Positions 1 to 10,869 of a DNA stretch of 61,925 nucleotides are shown one piece after another. The notes beneath the pieces were generated by a model. The model ran no database searches and was not told the origin of the DNA. It was given only the letters and a program-made list of their open reading frames with translations. The position numbers were made by a program, and so were the translations under genes. The stretch's first letter is position 1. Each line of letters opens with the position of its first letter. The stretch is taken from contig NC_057728.1 in assembly GCF_004010195.1 (NCBI RefSeq), positions 53,927,237 through 53,989,161 on the forward strand. Reading direction: 5' to 3'. This stretch comes from Chiloscyllium plagiosum. Its lineage: Eukaryota.

Positions 1-360
1 TTTGAAGATCAATGCCAAAGGCTCGGCAATCTCTTCCCTTGCTTCCCAGAGGATCCTAGGATAAATCCCATCCAGCCCAGGGGACTTGTCTATTTTCACA
101 CTCTGCAGTATTTCTAATACCTCTTCCTTGTGAACCTCAATCTCTTCTAGTCTAGATGCAAGTATCTCTGTATCTTCCTTGACAACATTTTCATTTTCTA
201 TATTGAACACCGTCGAAAAATATTTATTTAGTGCTTCCCCATCTCCTCTGATTCCACACATAACTTCCCACTACTTCCTTGATTGGCCCTAATCTTACTC
301 TCGTCATTCTTTTATTCCTGACATACCTATGGAAAGCCTTAGGGTTAACCCTGATCCTAT
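1..360 (-). mobile_element. CR1-clade (HER1-like) LINE ORF2 fragment
   Basis: Minus strand reads DKSPGLDGIYPRILWEAREEIAEPL, the CR1 pre-RT motif; same region recurs at ~12290-12400. Confidence 0.85.
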
Positions 361-362
361 CT

Positions 363-579
363 GCTTTCAGAGCGCTGCTCCTTCATCAGGTGGTTGTGGA
401 GTATAAGATTGTAAAACAGAATTTATAGCAAAAGTTTTGTCTTATAATTGTGTACTCCACAACCACCTGATGAAGGAGCAGTGCTCCAAAAGCTAGTGCT
501 TTCAATTAAACCTGTTGGACTATAACCTGGTTTTTAACTTTGTACACCCCAGTCCAACACCAGTATCGCCAAATTATGA
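363..579. mobile_element. PLE terminal repeats, inverted pair (family A), degenerate hammerhead cores
   Basis: ctttcagagcgctgctccttcatcaggtggttgtggagta is inverted against tactccacaaccacctgatgaaggagcagtgctccaaaagctag; same family at 1642 and 31321. Plus-strand GAAA is mutated to AAAA. Confidence 0.7.
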
Positions 580-624
580 GTTACATTATGTTGCACCTTT
601 CACAACCTCAAGACTTTCCTGCCT

Positions 625-980
625 TATTGAGTCTTACTGAAACATATAAGGTTCTTAGGGACTTGATGTAGTGAGGTTATTTCCCTTTGTGGGACAGTGC
701 AGGAACAGGCAGCATAATCCCAAAATAATCTCAGGTCACACATTTAAGGCAGAGATGAGGAGACATTTCTCCCTTCAGAGGGTTGTGAATCTGTGAAATT
801 CTTTACCGCAGAGGGCTGTTGAGGCTGGGTCATTCGGTGCATTCAAGGCTGATTTTCAATCAGTTAAGATCATAGGGAAAAGGCAGGAAAGTATGGTTCA
901 GGATGATCAACCATGATCTCATTGAATGGCGGAGCAGACTCGATGGGCTGGATGACCAAATTCTGTTCTTACAGTTTTAT
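625..980 (+). mobile_element. CR1 LINE 3' end
   Basis: tttaaggcagagatgaggagacatttc...agagggttgtgaatctgtg...gaatggcggagcagactcgatgggc: CR1 ORF2 C-terminus plus 3' UTR, recurring in the window. Confidence 0.75.
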
Positions 981-1641
981 GAAATGCTTTCAAATGAATG
1001 CAGCCAATAAAGTAATTAGGAAGTGTAGTTACTGTCGTAATTTAGGTTACATAGAAGCCAATTTGCTCACAACATAATTCCTCAGACATTAGTGAGATGA
1101 ATGGTTAGACAACTTGCTTCTTCTTTCATAGAAGTGACATTTATTGAGGGATAAATATTGGCTCGAACACGGGCTTGTTCCTTTTCACTGCCCTTACGTT
1201 GAGTATCATTGTGAGTCATAGGAAGGAGCACAATGAAGAGTAAATGAATAGTCTTGTTTACATAATTTCCTGACTGGGAACTGGGTGAGCATACAAGGTG
1301 TGGTAACTGGTGATTGATGTTCTCCTACAGGCACAGTAGAGCACATAATCACAATAAATACCTAAAACATTTACGCAAAGGCATGCTTAACAATCCTTAA
1401 ATTGGTGTGTGTAACATCTGATCTTTAAGTCACAAAGGACACTGGGAGTGACTAAATTCACATGTTGTCACTCATTATCAATTAGATAAAAAGGGTGTGT
1501 GATTGTTACTTATCTCAATGTGAAACTGACTTTAGCAGGCTGAATATTTCTGTTAAATGGGATTTGAAGGCATACACAGCAGATAAATGGCCAAGTCCTG
1601 CTCCACCAACACTGTGGTGTTCAATGGAGTGGATAATTCAG

Positions 1642-1930
1642 TCATGATTTGGAGATGCCGGTGTTGGACTGCGGTGTACAAAGTTAAAAATCACACAACA
1701 CCAGGTTATAGTCCAACAGGTTTAATTGGAAGCACTAGCTTTCAGAGCACTGCTCCTTCATCGGGTGGTTGTGGAGTATAAGATTGTAAAACACAGAATT
1801 TAGAGCAAAAGTTTACAGTGAGATGTAACTGAAATTATACATTGAAAAATGCCTTGTTAAGTTTGTTAAGTAGGAGCAGCACTCTGAAAGATAGAACTTC
1901 CACACAGACCTGTTGGACTATAGCCTGGTT
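1642..1930. mobile_element. PLE family A terminal repeat with short inverted copy
   Basis: Near-identical to 31321-31443 (gatgccggtgttggactg...ctagctttc); inverted partial copy at ~1872-1930; minus-strand core mutated to CCGAUGA. Confidence 0.7.
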
Positions 1931-2009
1931 TCGCCTTTGATTTTCAACAGAATCAAATAGACATGGGTGTCCGATTCCACAGGTAGGATCACAAGGTTGC
2001 CACATCCGC

Positions 2010-2625
2010 TGCTGCATCGACAGAGTGCAGCATTGTCAATTGTACTGTCTTTCAGATGAGATATAGCTCTGTCCTTCTATCTTAGTAAGATGTAAAAGTT
2101 CTCATGGCACAGCTGAGTTCTCCCTACTGTCTTGGTCAATACCTATTCCTCAAAAATCATTACTAGATTAGATTAGATTTTCTACAGTGTGGAAACAGGC
2201 TCTTCGGCCCAACCAGTCCACACTGACCCTCCAAAGAGTAACCCACCCAGATCCACTTCCCTCTGACTAATGCACTTACCACTATGGGCAATTTAGCACG
2301 GCCAATTCACCTGGCCTGCGGGAAGAAACCGGAGCACCCAGAGAAAACCCACGCAGACACGGGGTGAATGTGCAAACTCCACACAAACATTCGCCCGAGG
2401 CTGGAATCGAACCTGGGACCCTGGTGCTGTGAGGCAGCAGTGCTAACCACTGAGCGACCTTGCTGCCCTAGAATGGGATTATTTGGCTATTATGAGACTG
2501 CTGTTTTGCTGTGCACGAATTCGCTGCATCAGCTATACTGAAGAAAAAAGCATTTCGTTGTCTGTCAGTGCTTTGAGATGCCATGTGATCTTGAAAGGTG
2601 CTATACAAATTCAAGTCTTCTTTTC
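2010..2625 (+). mobile_element. DeuSINE-like (SacSINE1-type) SINE interrupted by HE1 SINE
   Basis: gtcttggtcaatacctattcctcaa...catcact and tail gaaaggtgctatacaaattcaagtcttc resemble Deu-domain SINE copies at 5790, 13690 and 60320. Confidence 0.55.
2164..2468 (-). mobile_element. HE1-type V-SINE
   Basis: tRNA-like head (gctcagtggttagcactgctgcctcacagc, ggttcgattcc B-box), V-domain ggagtttgcacatt...gtgtctgcgtggg, (tctaa)n tail. Confidence 0.9.
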
Positions 2626-2857
2626 AGCTCAGCCCTTGTGTTACCCAAAATGAATGTGCTATTCAATTAGTCGGGCAACTGCAACCACAATTCAGTTATG
2701 CATATAACCAGTCAAAATGATTCAACCATCTCAGTGAGCATGACATGAGTTTCAGAATTAAATACATCTGAGTATAAGAGGTGCAATTCCAAGTTATTAA
2801 ATAATTCCATGGAAAATGAAGATCCTTTGTTGTCACTTATCAATGGAGCTTCGAGAA

Positions 2858-3820
2858 ATAGAGTCATACAACACAGAAACAGACCCTTCAGTCCAACCAG
2901 TCCATGCTGAACATAATCCCAAACTAAACTAATCCTACCTACCTGCTCCTGGCCCATATCCCTCCAAAACTTTCCTATTTATGTATCCATTCACATCTCT
3001 TTTAAACGGTGTAATTGTATCTGCATTCACAATTTCCTCAAGAAGTTCACTCCACATTCAAACCATCCTCTGTGTAAAAAAATTACCTCATGTCTTTTTT
3101 AAATCTCCCTTCTGTCACCTTAAAATGTGTCCCTGATCTTGAAATTCCCCATCTTGGGGAAAAGTCAATTACCATCAACGCTATCTATATCTCTTATTAT
3201 TTTATAAACTTCTATCAAGTTACCTCGCAACCTCTGATGCTCCAGTGAAAAACATCCCAGTCGATCCAGCCTTTCTTGATAACTCAAACCTTCCATACCT
3301 ATCAACATTCTGGTAAATCTCTCCTGAATTCTCTCCAGTTTAATAATATCCTTCCTATAATTGGGTGACCAGAACTGGACACAGTATTCCAGAAGAGGCG
3401 TCATCAATATCCTGTACAACCTCAACATAACATCCCAACTCCTATACTGAAAGGACTGAGCAATGAAGGCAAGCGGGTCAAATGCCTTTTTAACCACCCT
3501 GTCTATATGTGACGCAAACTTTAAAGAATTATGCATCCTTAGGTCCTCTATTCTACAACACTGTCCAAGGCCTATGCCTGTTTGTTGTACCAAAATGCAA
3601 TACCTCACATTTATCCAAGTTGAACTCCTATCCTATTTTTCAGCCTATTGACCCATCTGATCAAGATCCCTTTGTAATCTTAGAAAATCTTCTTCACTGT
3701 CTACTATGCGACCAATTTTGGTGTCGTCCACAAACTTACTAACCGTGCCTTTTACATTCTCATCCAAATCATTTATATGAATGGCAAACAAAAGAGAACC
3801 CAGTGCCGATCTCTGTGGCT
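2858..3820 (-). mobile_element. CR1 LINE 3' portion (RT C-terminus and 3' UTR)
   Basis: ORF 3165-3608 contains LEYCVQFWSPNYRKDIIKLERIQERFTRM...RLRGNLIEVYKII, typical of CR1 ORF2. Confidence 0.9.
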
Positions 3821-3961
3821 GTCAAAGTGCAGGCAGAGTGTAGTGAAGGTAAATAAGATTCCAGGCTTCATATATGGAAAGATTTGCAGAAAGATCTCAC
3901 TTTGGCCAATCATTGCAGTCCCCTGATGGCAGGAAAGTAATGCAGAGCTGGGGATCTTTTT

Positions 3962-4492
3962 AATGGACAACTCCCTCTCTTCCACCCCTGCAGGACACCC
4001 CCACCTCAGTCAGACACCCCACTGCCCCGTGGCCGAAAACTTCAACTCCCCCCCCGACTCCACCAAGCACATGCAGATCCTGGGCCTCTTCCATTGCTAC
4101 ACCCTAACCACCCAATGCCCTCATGTTCTGCCTCAGGACCCTCAATCACACGGCATCAATTGGATTTCCCCTCCCCCTACTTTATCCCAGATCCAACCTC
4201 CCAACTTGGCACCGCCCTCATGACCTGTCCTACATGTCCATCGTCCTTCCCACCTATCTGCTCCACATTCCTCTCTGAGCTATCACCTTTACCCCGACCA
4301 CCATCTACCTTTCGCCCTCTCAGCTACCTTCCCCCACCAGCCCCAACCCCCTCCCATTCACCTCTCCATCCCCTTGGCTCACAAGCCTCATTCCTGATGA
4401 AATGTCCTGCTTCTCGGATGCTGCCTGACCGGTTGTGCTTTTCCAGTACCACACTCTCGACTCTGATCTCCAGCATCTGCAGTCCTCACTTT
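3962..4492 (+). mobile_element. PLE family B 3' fragment (end of GIY-YIG region plus terminal repeat)
   Basis: PVAENFNSPPDSTKHMQILGLFHC resembles PLE endonuclease C-terminus; C-rich UTR; ends cctgatga...gatgctgcctgacc...ccagcatctgcagtcctcactt; hammerhead stem II deleted. Confidence 0.7.
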
Positions 4493-4559
4493 ATCCCACA
4501 TGTTCACCCTTGCCCCAAAGGTCATGTCTGACCCTGCACGTGAGCCAGTCATTGACTTC

Positions 4560-4800
4560 AACAGCAACATCAATTTGCATTCATATAGTGCCTTTGACCA
4601 AGCAAAACATCCCATGGGTGCCCGCTCAGAAATGCAAGCAGACAAAAAGGAACACTGAACCAGATGGGGCCAGTGGACAAATGGCTCAGTAATAGAATTA
4701 CCAGGGTTTAAAGAAGATAGAGAGAGAGAGAGAGAAAGACATTTGGGCATGATCTTTACAACTGAGGGTATGGTAACTAAATCAACCAATGGTAATGAGG
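4560..4800 (-). mobile_element. Degraded SINE/L2-like 3' tail
   Basis: aatttgcattcatatagtgcctt is the reverse complement of the aaggcactatataaatgcaa tail on other copies. Confidence 0.45.
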
Positions 4801-5344
4801 TTAAACATTATTAAACCATCCCACTGATGTTCCTATGCACCATCTGCTGAGGTTATACAGAAACAATAAAGAGAATTGTATTTGCTTCGTATCAAGGCCT
4901 TCATTATTACATATGCTCCTTGCAGGTATTGATTTTGAGTTAATCTAAAGATAAGTTCACTAAGCCAACCCAGCAGCGAGTATTACACAGTGTATGATAG
5001 TCTTATCTCTGACTCGGTAAGACTGTGAGCTTAAGTCAAGCTCCACAGACAGAAACACAGTGATTTCAGCTTGCACTCTAGTACAGAGCGTAAGTGAGTT
5101 ATTAAAATGTCGGTCTGCTCTTATGCCATTATGCAGACAAGTAGGGGAGATCTCAATCAGTAACAGGAGGTACTTGGTTGATACGCTTCACCTTGCCCTC
5201 GTCAGGACTAAACTGCAAGAAAACCAAATGCAGAACGGCAACTATAATTTATGTGCAACATTACAAGAGGTTGAACAATGGTTGGAATTGAAATACAGCA
5301 GAAACTGCTGTCAATCTTTGCTAACCAATTAAAGTCAAACTAAC

Positions 5345-5510
5345 AAATCAAATGTCTTCAAGAGGAGTTAGATATAGTTCCCAGGGTTAAAGGGATCAAA
5401 AGGTACGAGATGTTGGATAATCAGCTGTGATCAGAGCGAGTGGCAGAACCAGCTCAAAGAGCCAAATGGCCAACTGCTGTTCCTATTTTATGCATTTCAA
5501 TGTTTTTATG
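5345..5510 (+). mobile_element. CR1 3' UTR fragment
   Basis: ttcaagaggagttagatatag...aaagggatcaaa...gccaaatggccaactgctgttcctattt. Confidence 0.65.
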
Positions 5511-5789
5511 ACATTAATTGGTCAGGGTATTGTCTTCGGAAAGTAGAAGGGATCAGATGTCTCCTCAGCCCTCTCCTTAGGTGCAATGTGGTGATAGATT
5601 CCTTTTGCCAACAAAGAACAGAATCCTGTGTGTGAATAAAAGTAGCTTCCCGTGTGTGTAAGTGAATAACACAACACACCCAAGCAACGATCTTAAATTG
5701 GATTCCATGGTACTTCTTAGCACACTCAGAATTAACCAGTAAATGTGGCTCAAAAGTAGAATCATATCAAATGGTCAACACAATGTTCT

Positions 5790-6012
5790 AAGTGGAGATC
5801 TCCCCAGTGTCCTTGCCAACATTTATTCATCAGCCAACATCATTAAAAATTAGTTAACTGGCTATTGACTACTTTCCTGTTTGTGGGATCTTTCTGTGTT
5901 CAAATGCTGCATTTGCTGGGCTACAATATTGGTTATAACATTGTTTGGTTACAACTTTGACCAGGCTGCAGTTGTTGAAAGCTGTGATTTAACTACAAGT
6001 CTTTATTTTCTT
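5790..6012 (+). mobile_element. DeuSINE-like fragment
   Basis: ccccagtgtccttgccaacatttattcatcagccaacatcatta...gtttgtgggatct. Confidence 0.55.
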
Positions 6013-7631
6013 CTTTCAATGCAGTGTTTGGAGATGTGAAATTGAGATTCTGCGTCCGACACTGCCTTTGAACACAGCTCTCCACTGTGAGCACAGGAAC
6101 AACAGTTTGTTCCCTCATTTTTCCAACATAATCATTTCTTGTCAGATACAAGAAGAGAAATGTTATTAATCAAAAAGAGAGTTGGTAAAATCTGACCTCT
6201 CAGCTGGCTGCGTGACCATTCTGTCAAGGGTAGACAGAAGTGCTCTGTGTAAAGAAAGTAAATTGCGAGACTGTGAGTACGTGATACCCTCTGATTGCCC
6301 CAACTCACATCGGAAGCAATGACCATCAGATGCCTGTTACTCATAAATGGCTGATGCTTATCAGACAAGTCAAGAGATCAAATTAATATTTGCCAAACCT
6401 GTAATGTAAATTGTGTGTGACATATTCCATTAATTTTCTTGTGTTAAGCTTGCTGAGTTGTTATCAGCAAAAATTAATGCTGTTATAGTCAAAGATAAAA
6501 ACTGTTTATACTTGTAGTGAACATCAAAACCTGCATGAGCCCATGAATAATGGACTCACATGCTCAGTCCAGCTTCGAGAGTAACTGAGAGGGTTTCATT
6601 TCACATCAATTATAGAATCATGCAGTACAGATTTAGGCCATTCAGCCTGCCCTGCTAATGCCAGTTCTTTGAAAGCCAGTTCTGCAATTGTGTTTTTCCT
6701 TTGCAAGCCTACAGCCAATTGAAAGTTACATTTTAATTTATACATCATCCAGATAGGCAGTGAATTCTAACTCACTGCTGAGACAAAATAACTTCTCCCC
6801 CTCTGGTGCTTTTGTGAGTTATCTTGAATCTGTGCTCTAGCTGGTAAGCAACTCCAATAGAAACCTACTCCCTATCGAGTCTAACAAAACCCCTCAAAGC
6901 TTTGGACATGTTCCATACTCTGAAGAGAACAATCTGTCTTATCTGGTCACTCTCTCTCTTTCTGTACCTGAATGATTAGAAGATTTGTCAATTCCCTCTC
7001 CTTTGTAAAGGCCTATTCAGAGCTAAGCCTAGCCATGAGCAGCTGCTCAGAACCTATTCATGCCAACACATAATTACAGTCTGCATTACACAGTCACGCT
7101 GAGTAGGAGTTTTGTTTGCCAGTGTGCATGGTAGGAAGCATGAGTGGATCAGAATGCCTCATTAATTGGGATCGTCTCTTAACAAGGTCTAGAACTGGCA
7201 CTGGGATTGTCTCTCAATCTGAAAAGAATTACTGGCATCATCTGTGCGTAGAGCTGTCTACTCTCCAGGAAATGACCCCAAGAAGCCAAGACTGATCTCC
7301 TGAGCATTCCAGCACAGATGACAAAAACAGAAAGCTATTGGAATCTTAAAAATGACATTACACTTGTTTTTAAACAGATCGCTTGGAACGGTTTTGTTGA
7401 CCAGTCATAAACATTTAGAGACAGAAAAATGTGGCCAATTGGTCAAGATTTAAGGACTGGGCCATTGATGGGTGCAAGGCAGGGCACTACACAGATTAGG
7501 TGTGCCAGGTGACCCATGGGAGGAGCATGTGGGCAAGGAAGATGGAGGTCAACAGTCACATGACCAAACCACCTGCAATTCACCCAGTCAAGAATGTTAT
7601 ATCCTGCCACTCTGTTTTCAACTGTGCATGA

Positions 7632-8410
7632 CCATAAGCCCATAAGATATACGGGGACAGCAGGCTATTCAGACCTGCCAGTCTGCTCTATCATTCAATG
7701 AGATCCTGGTTGATCTGATAATCCTCAACTCTAGTTTCCTGTTTTTTCCCCATAATCCTTGATTATCTAATGATTAAGAATCTGTCTATCTCAGCCTTGA
7801 ATACTGCCTCGGGTGACTGTTTGGGTGGCATTGCACATTCTCCCTCTGTCTGCGCGGGCTTTCTCTCACAGATGTGCAGGTTAGGTGAACTGGCTGTGTC
7901 AAATTGCCCATAGTGTTCAGGGATGTGTGGGTTATGTACATTAGTCAGGGGTTAATGCAGAGGATAGGGGAATGGGTCAGGGTGGTTGACTCTTCAGAGG
8001 GTGAGTGTTGGGCCAAATGGCCTGTTGGGCAAAATGGCCTGTTTCCACACTGTAGGGATTCTAACTTATAAAATTCTTCTAAAAACTAATTCTACAGATT
8101 CACGACCCTCTAAGAGAAGAAATTCCTCCTCATCCCTGTCTTAAATGGGTGACCAGAGATTACACCCTCTGGTCCTATACTGTCCCAGAGGAGGAAACAA
8201 CCTTTCCACATCTACCCTGTCAAGTCCCAGAAGATTCTTGTATGTTTTAGTAAGGTAACCTCACATTCTTCTAAATTCAAATGAATACAAGCACAACCTA
8301 CTCAACTTCTGTCCATAAGACAGTGGTATCAAACTAGTGAATATTCTCTGGACTGCTCCAATATCAGTATATCTTTCCTTAAATAAGGGGCCCCAAACCG
8401 TTCACATTCA
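7632..8410 (-). mobile_element. CR1 3' end split by an HE1 SINE
   Basis: cataagatat...cattcaatgagatc...tctcagccttgaata, resuming after 8090 with gagaagaaattcctcctcatc...cttaaat and tttccttaaataaggggcccca (FGAPYLRKDI on minus). Confidence 0.75.
7804..8063 (+). mobile_element. HE1 SINE, 5'-truncated
   Basis: gcctcgggtgactgt...ttgcacattctccc...gtttccacactgtagggattcta. Confidence 0.85.
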
Positions 8411-8554
8411 AAGTGAGAGAGAGACTGTATTTCCATTTGTTTTACTTGCAATGCAGCGGTATTTAAAATGGTTGTTCTCATAGCTATGGCACTAACATCA
8501 CTCGAGTCCACACATTAGATTAAAGATTGTATTTTTTATTCTTCTGTATTTTTG

Positions 8555-9400
8555 ATTATGGATTGAAATGAGCCAAAGACTGATTTAAAGCCAAGGATTA
8601 TAAAGGAGTTGCTGCACTTGGTGATTGCATGTTATTCAAACTCATTTTAAGCAGACTTTACACTGCTGCATTGTTCAAACAGTGAGGGAAGCTGTTTGTA
8701 GATGGTCTGGCACCAGACGGTGTGCATAAAAATACATCTGGCTGGCAACAAGTTGCTGATTTGTTTATGGAATTGTGACCAGATGTGGATGCCAAAGGCT
8801 ATCAGCTTGAAAACAGCTATCTGATTGACTCTTGGGAAGCTGAAGAACTTTGGGTTTGAACAATACTATAAGAAAACTTCAGACAGCTGAAAAGGCACAT
8901 GGAGTGCCCTTCTCTTCATGAAAAACCCTAAAGCCTAAGGAAAGTAAACATGAATTTTAATAAGTAACGAAGAGATTTTTCAGTTGTTGTACCAGTCACT
9001 GTTGCCTCTTGCGAAGAAGTGAAAAGAAGCTCAAGAAGTGAGATTGAAGAACAGAAAATCCCAGCAAACAAAAGGACCATCTCAGTGACTCCTGGCATCT
9101 GGAGCCATGGAGGTGTGTGTGTGTGTGCGTGTGTGTTTGTCTGTCTAGTGGTGTATTAGAAAAGGATTAGAGGTTTAATGAATAGAGTTAGATGTTGCCC
9201 ATTTATAGTTGTTTACCTGTAGTTAGAATCTATTTATTTGTAGTAAATTGAAATTCTTGTTCAGTACAGAAATCTGGTTCATGTCTTCTGTCAATCTGGG
9301 TCTATCTAACAGGTAAATTGGAGAATTTGCATACTTAGCTTAAAATAAACCTTACCTTATTTGATGACTGATTTCCAGCTTGCTACCCCAGTGAGATGCA
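8555..9400 (+). mobile_element. Possible degraded solo LTR
   Basis: Layout similar to the LTR at 47795 (AG-rich middle, polyA-like signals near the end); termini not clearly resolvable. Confidence 0.3.
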
Positions 9401-9589
9401 GCTCTAGGATATCCGTACAAAAACACACACCGACTAGGATCAGTCAATTTTAACCCCGGTATTAAAGCACACCTAGAGGGTAAGCATACAAGTCTGTGAG
9501 AGGGGCTTTCTGTTGAGAGGGAAGATAGTCAATGCCTTCAATTATCTCTTCCTTTTACCATTCTTAAAAATTAAAATAAATGTGAAGAA

Positions 9590-10492
9590 AGGAGGAATTG
9601 TTAGTAAGTTTGCAGATGATACCAAAATTGGAGGCGTAGTGGACAGTGAAGAAGATGACCTCAGAGTACAATGGGATCTTGTTCAGATGGGCCAATGGGC
9701 TGAGGAGTGGCAGATGGACTTTAATTTAGATAAATGTGAATTGCTGATTTTGGAAAGGCAAATCAGCGCAGAACTTACACATTTTCTGGTAATGTCCTGG
9801 GCAGTGTTGCCAAACAAAGAAACCTTGAGATGCAGATTCATAGGTCCACAGATACACAGGGTGTGAAGAAAGCATTTGGTACACTTGCATTGAGTATAGA
9901 AGTTGGGAGGTCATGTTGTGGCTGGGCTGGACATTAGTTAGGCCACTTTTGGAATTCTGCATTCAGGTTCTGGGCTCCCTGCTACAGGAAAGATGTTGTG
10001 AAACTCAAAAACGTGCAGAAAAGATTGACAAGGATGTTCCCGGGGGTTGGAGGATTTGAGCTATAGGGAGTGGTTAAATAGGCTGGGGCTGTTTTCCATG
10101 GAGTGTCGGAGGTTGAGGGGTGACCTTATAGAGATTTATAAAATCATAAGAGGCATGGATAGGGTGAATAGCCAAGATATTTTTCCCAGGGTAGGGAAAT
10201 CTAAAACTGGATGGTGTACATTTAAGGTGAGAAGAGAAAGATTTAAAAGGGACCTAACATTTTCATAGAGAGGGTGGTGCATATATAGAACGAGCTGCCA
10301 AAGGAAATGGTGGAGGCTGGTACAATTACAACATTTAAAAGACATCTGGATGGTTACATGAATAGGAAGGGTTTGGAGGGATTATGGGCCACGTGCTGGC
10401 AAGTGTGATTGAATTAATTTCAGATATCTGGTCGGCATGACGAGCTGGACAGAAGGATCTGTTTTGATGCTTTTTCATGTCTATGATTCTAT
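9590..10492 (+). mobile_element. CR1 LINE 3' portion
   Basis: GGIVSKFADDTKIGGVVDSEED (RT FADD motif), WQMDFNLDKC, RLRGDLIEIYKIIRG; frameshifted. Confidence 0.92.
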
Positions 10493-10538
10493 AAAGTAAA
10501 AATAAAACATGTCTATATATTCCTTGGGGTTCTAGTCT

Positions 10539-10552
10539 GTTGCCATAGCAAT
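10539..10552. promoter_or_regulatory. RFX X-box-like palindrome, with CRE-like TGACGT at ~10619
   Basis: GTTGCCATAGCAAT matches GTTGCCATRGCAAC in 13 of 14 positions; lies in unique DNA between two LINEs. Motif match only. Confidence 0.3.
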
Positions 10553-10869
10553 ATAACATCTTTAATATCAAAAATATGAAACTTTTTTAAAAAATTAATA
10601 ATATCTACTGAAGCATCATGACGTGACTGTTCCTGTTCTCCACAGCTCTGCAATCTCCTGGGATAATCCAAAAAAAAACCTCCAGAGAATAGTTGAAGCT
10701 AATAAAGGAAAAAAAAGCCTCTGGGAATTTTATTGGGTACTCCCATGGGTGATCAAATACAAACATTCACATGGGCTTACTGTTTGTTAATGATATGATA
10801 GAAAGAAAACTTTAAGCTCCTTCACAACTATGCAGTATAAGGGAAGAAATCTTCAGAAGGAACAGAAAT

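Noticed and set aside
5581..5657. Exon-like segment (ccttag...gtaagt) encoding VQCGDRFLLPTKNRILCVNKSSFPC
   Set aside because: No recognisable protein or compatible partner exon; such site pairs are expected by chance in 62 kb.
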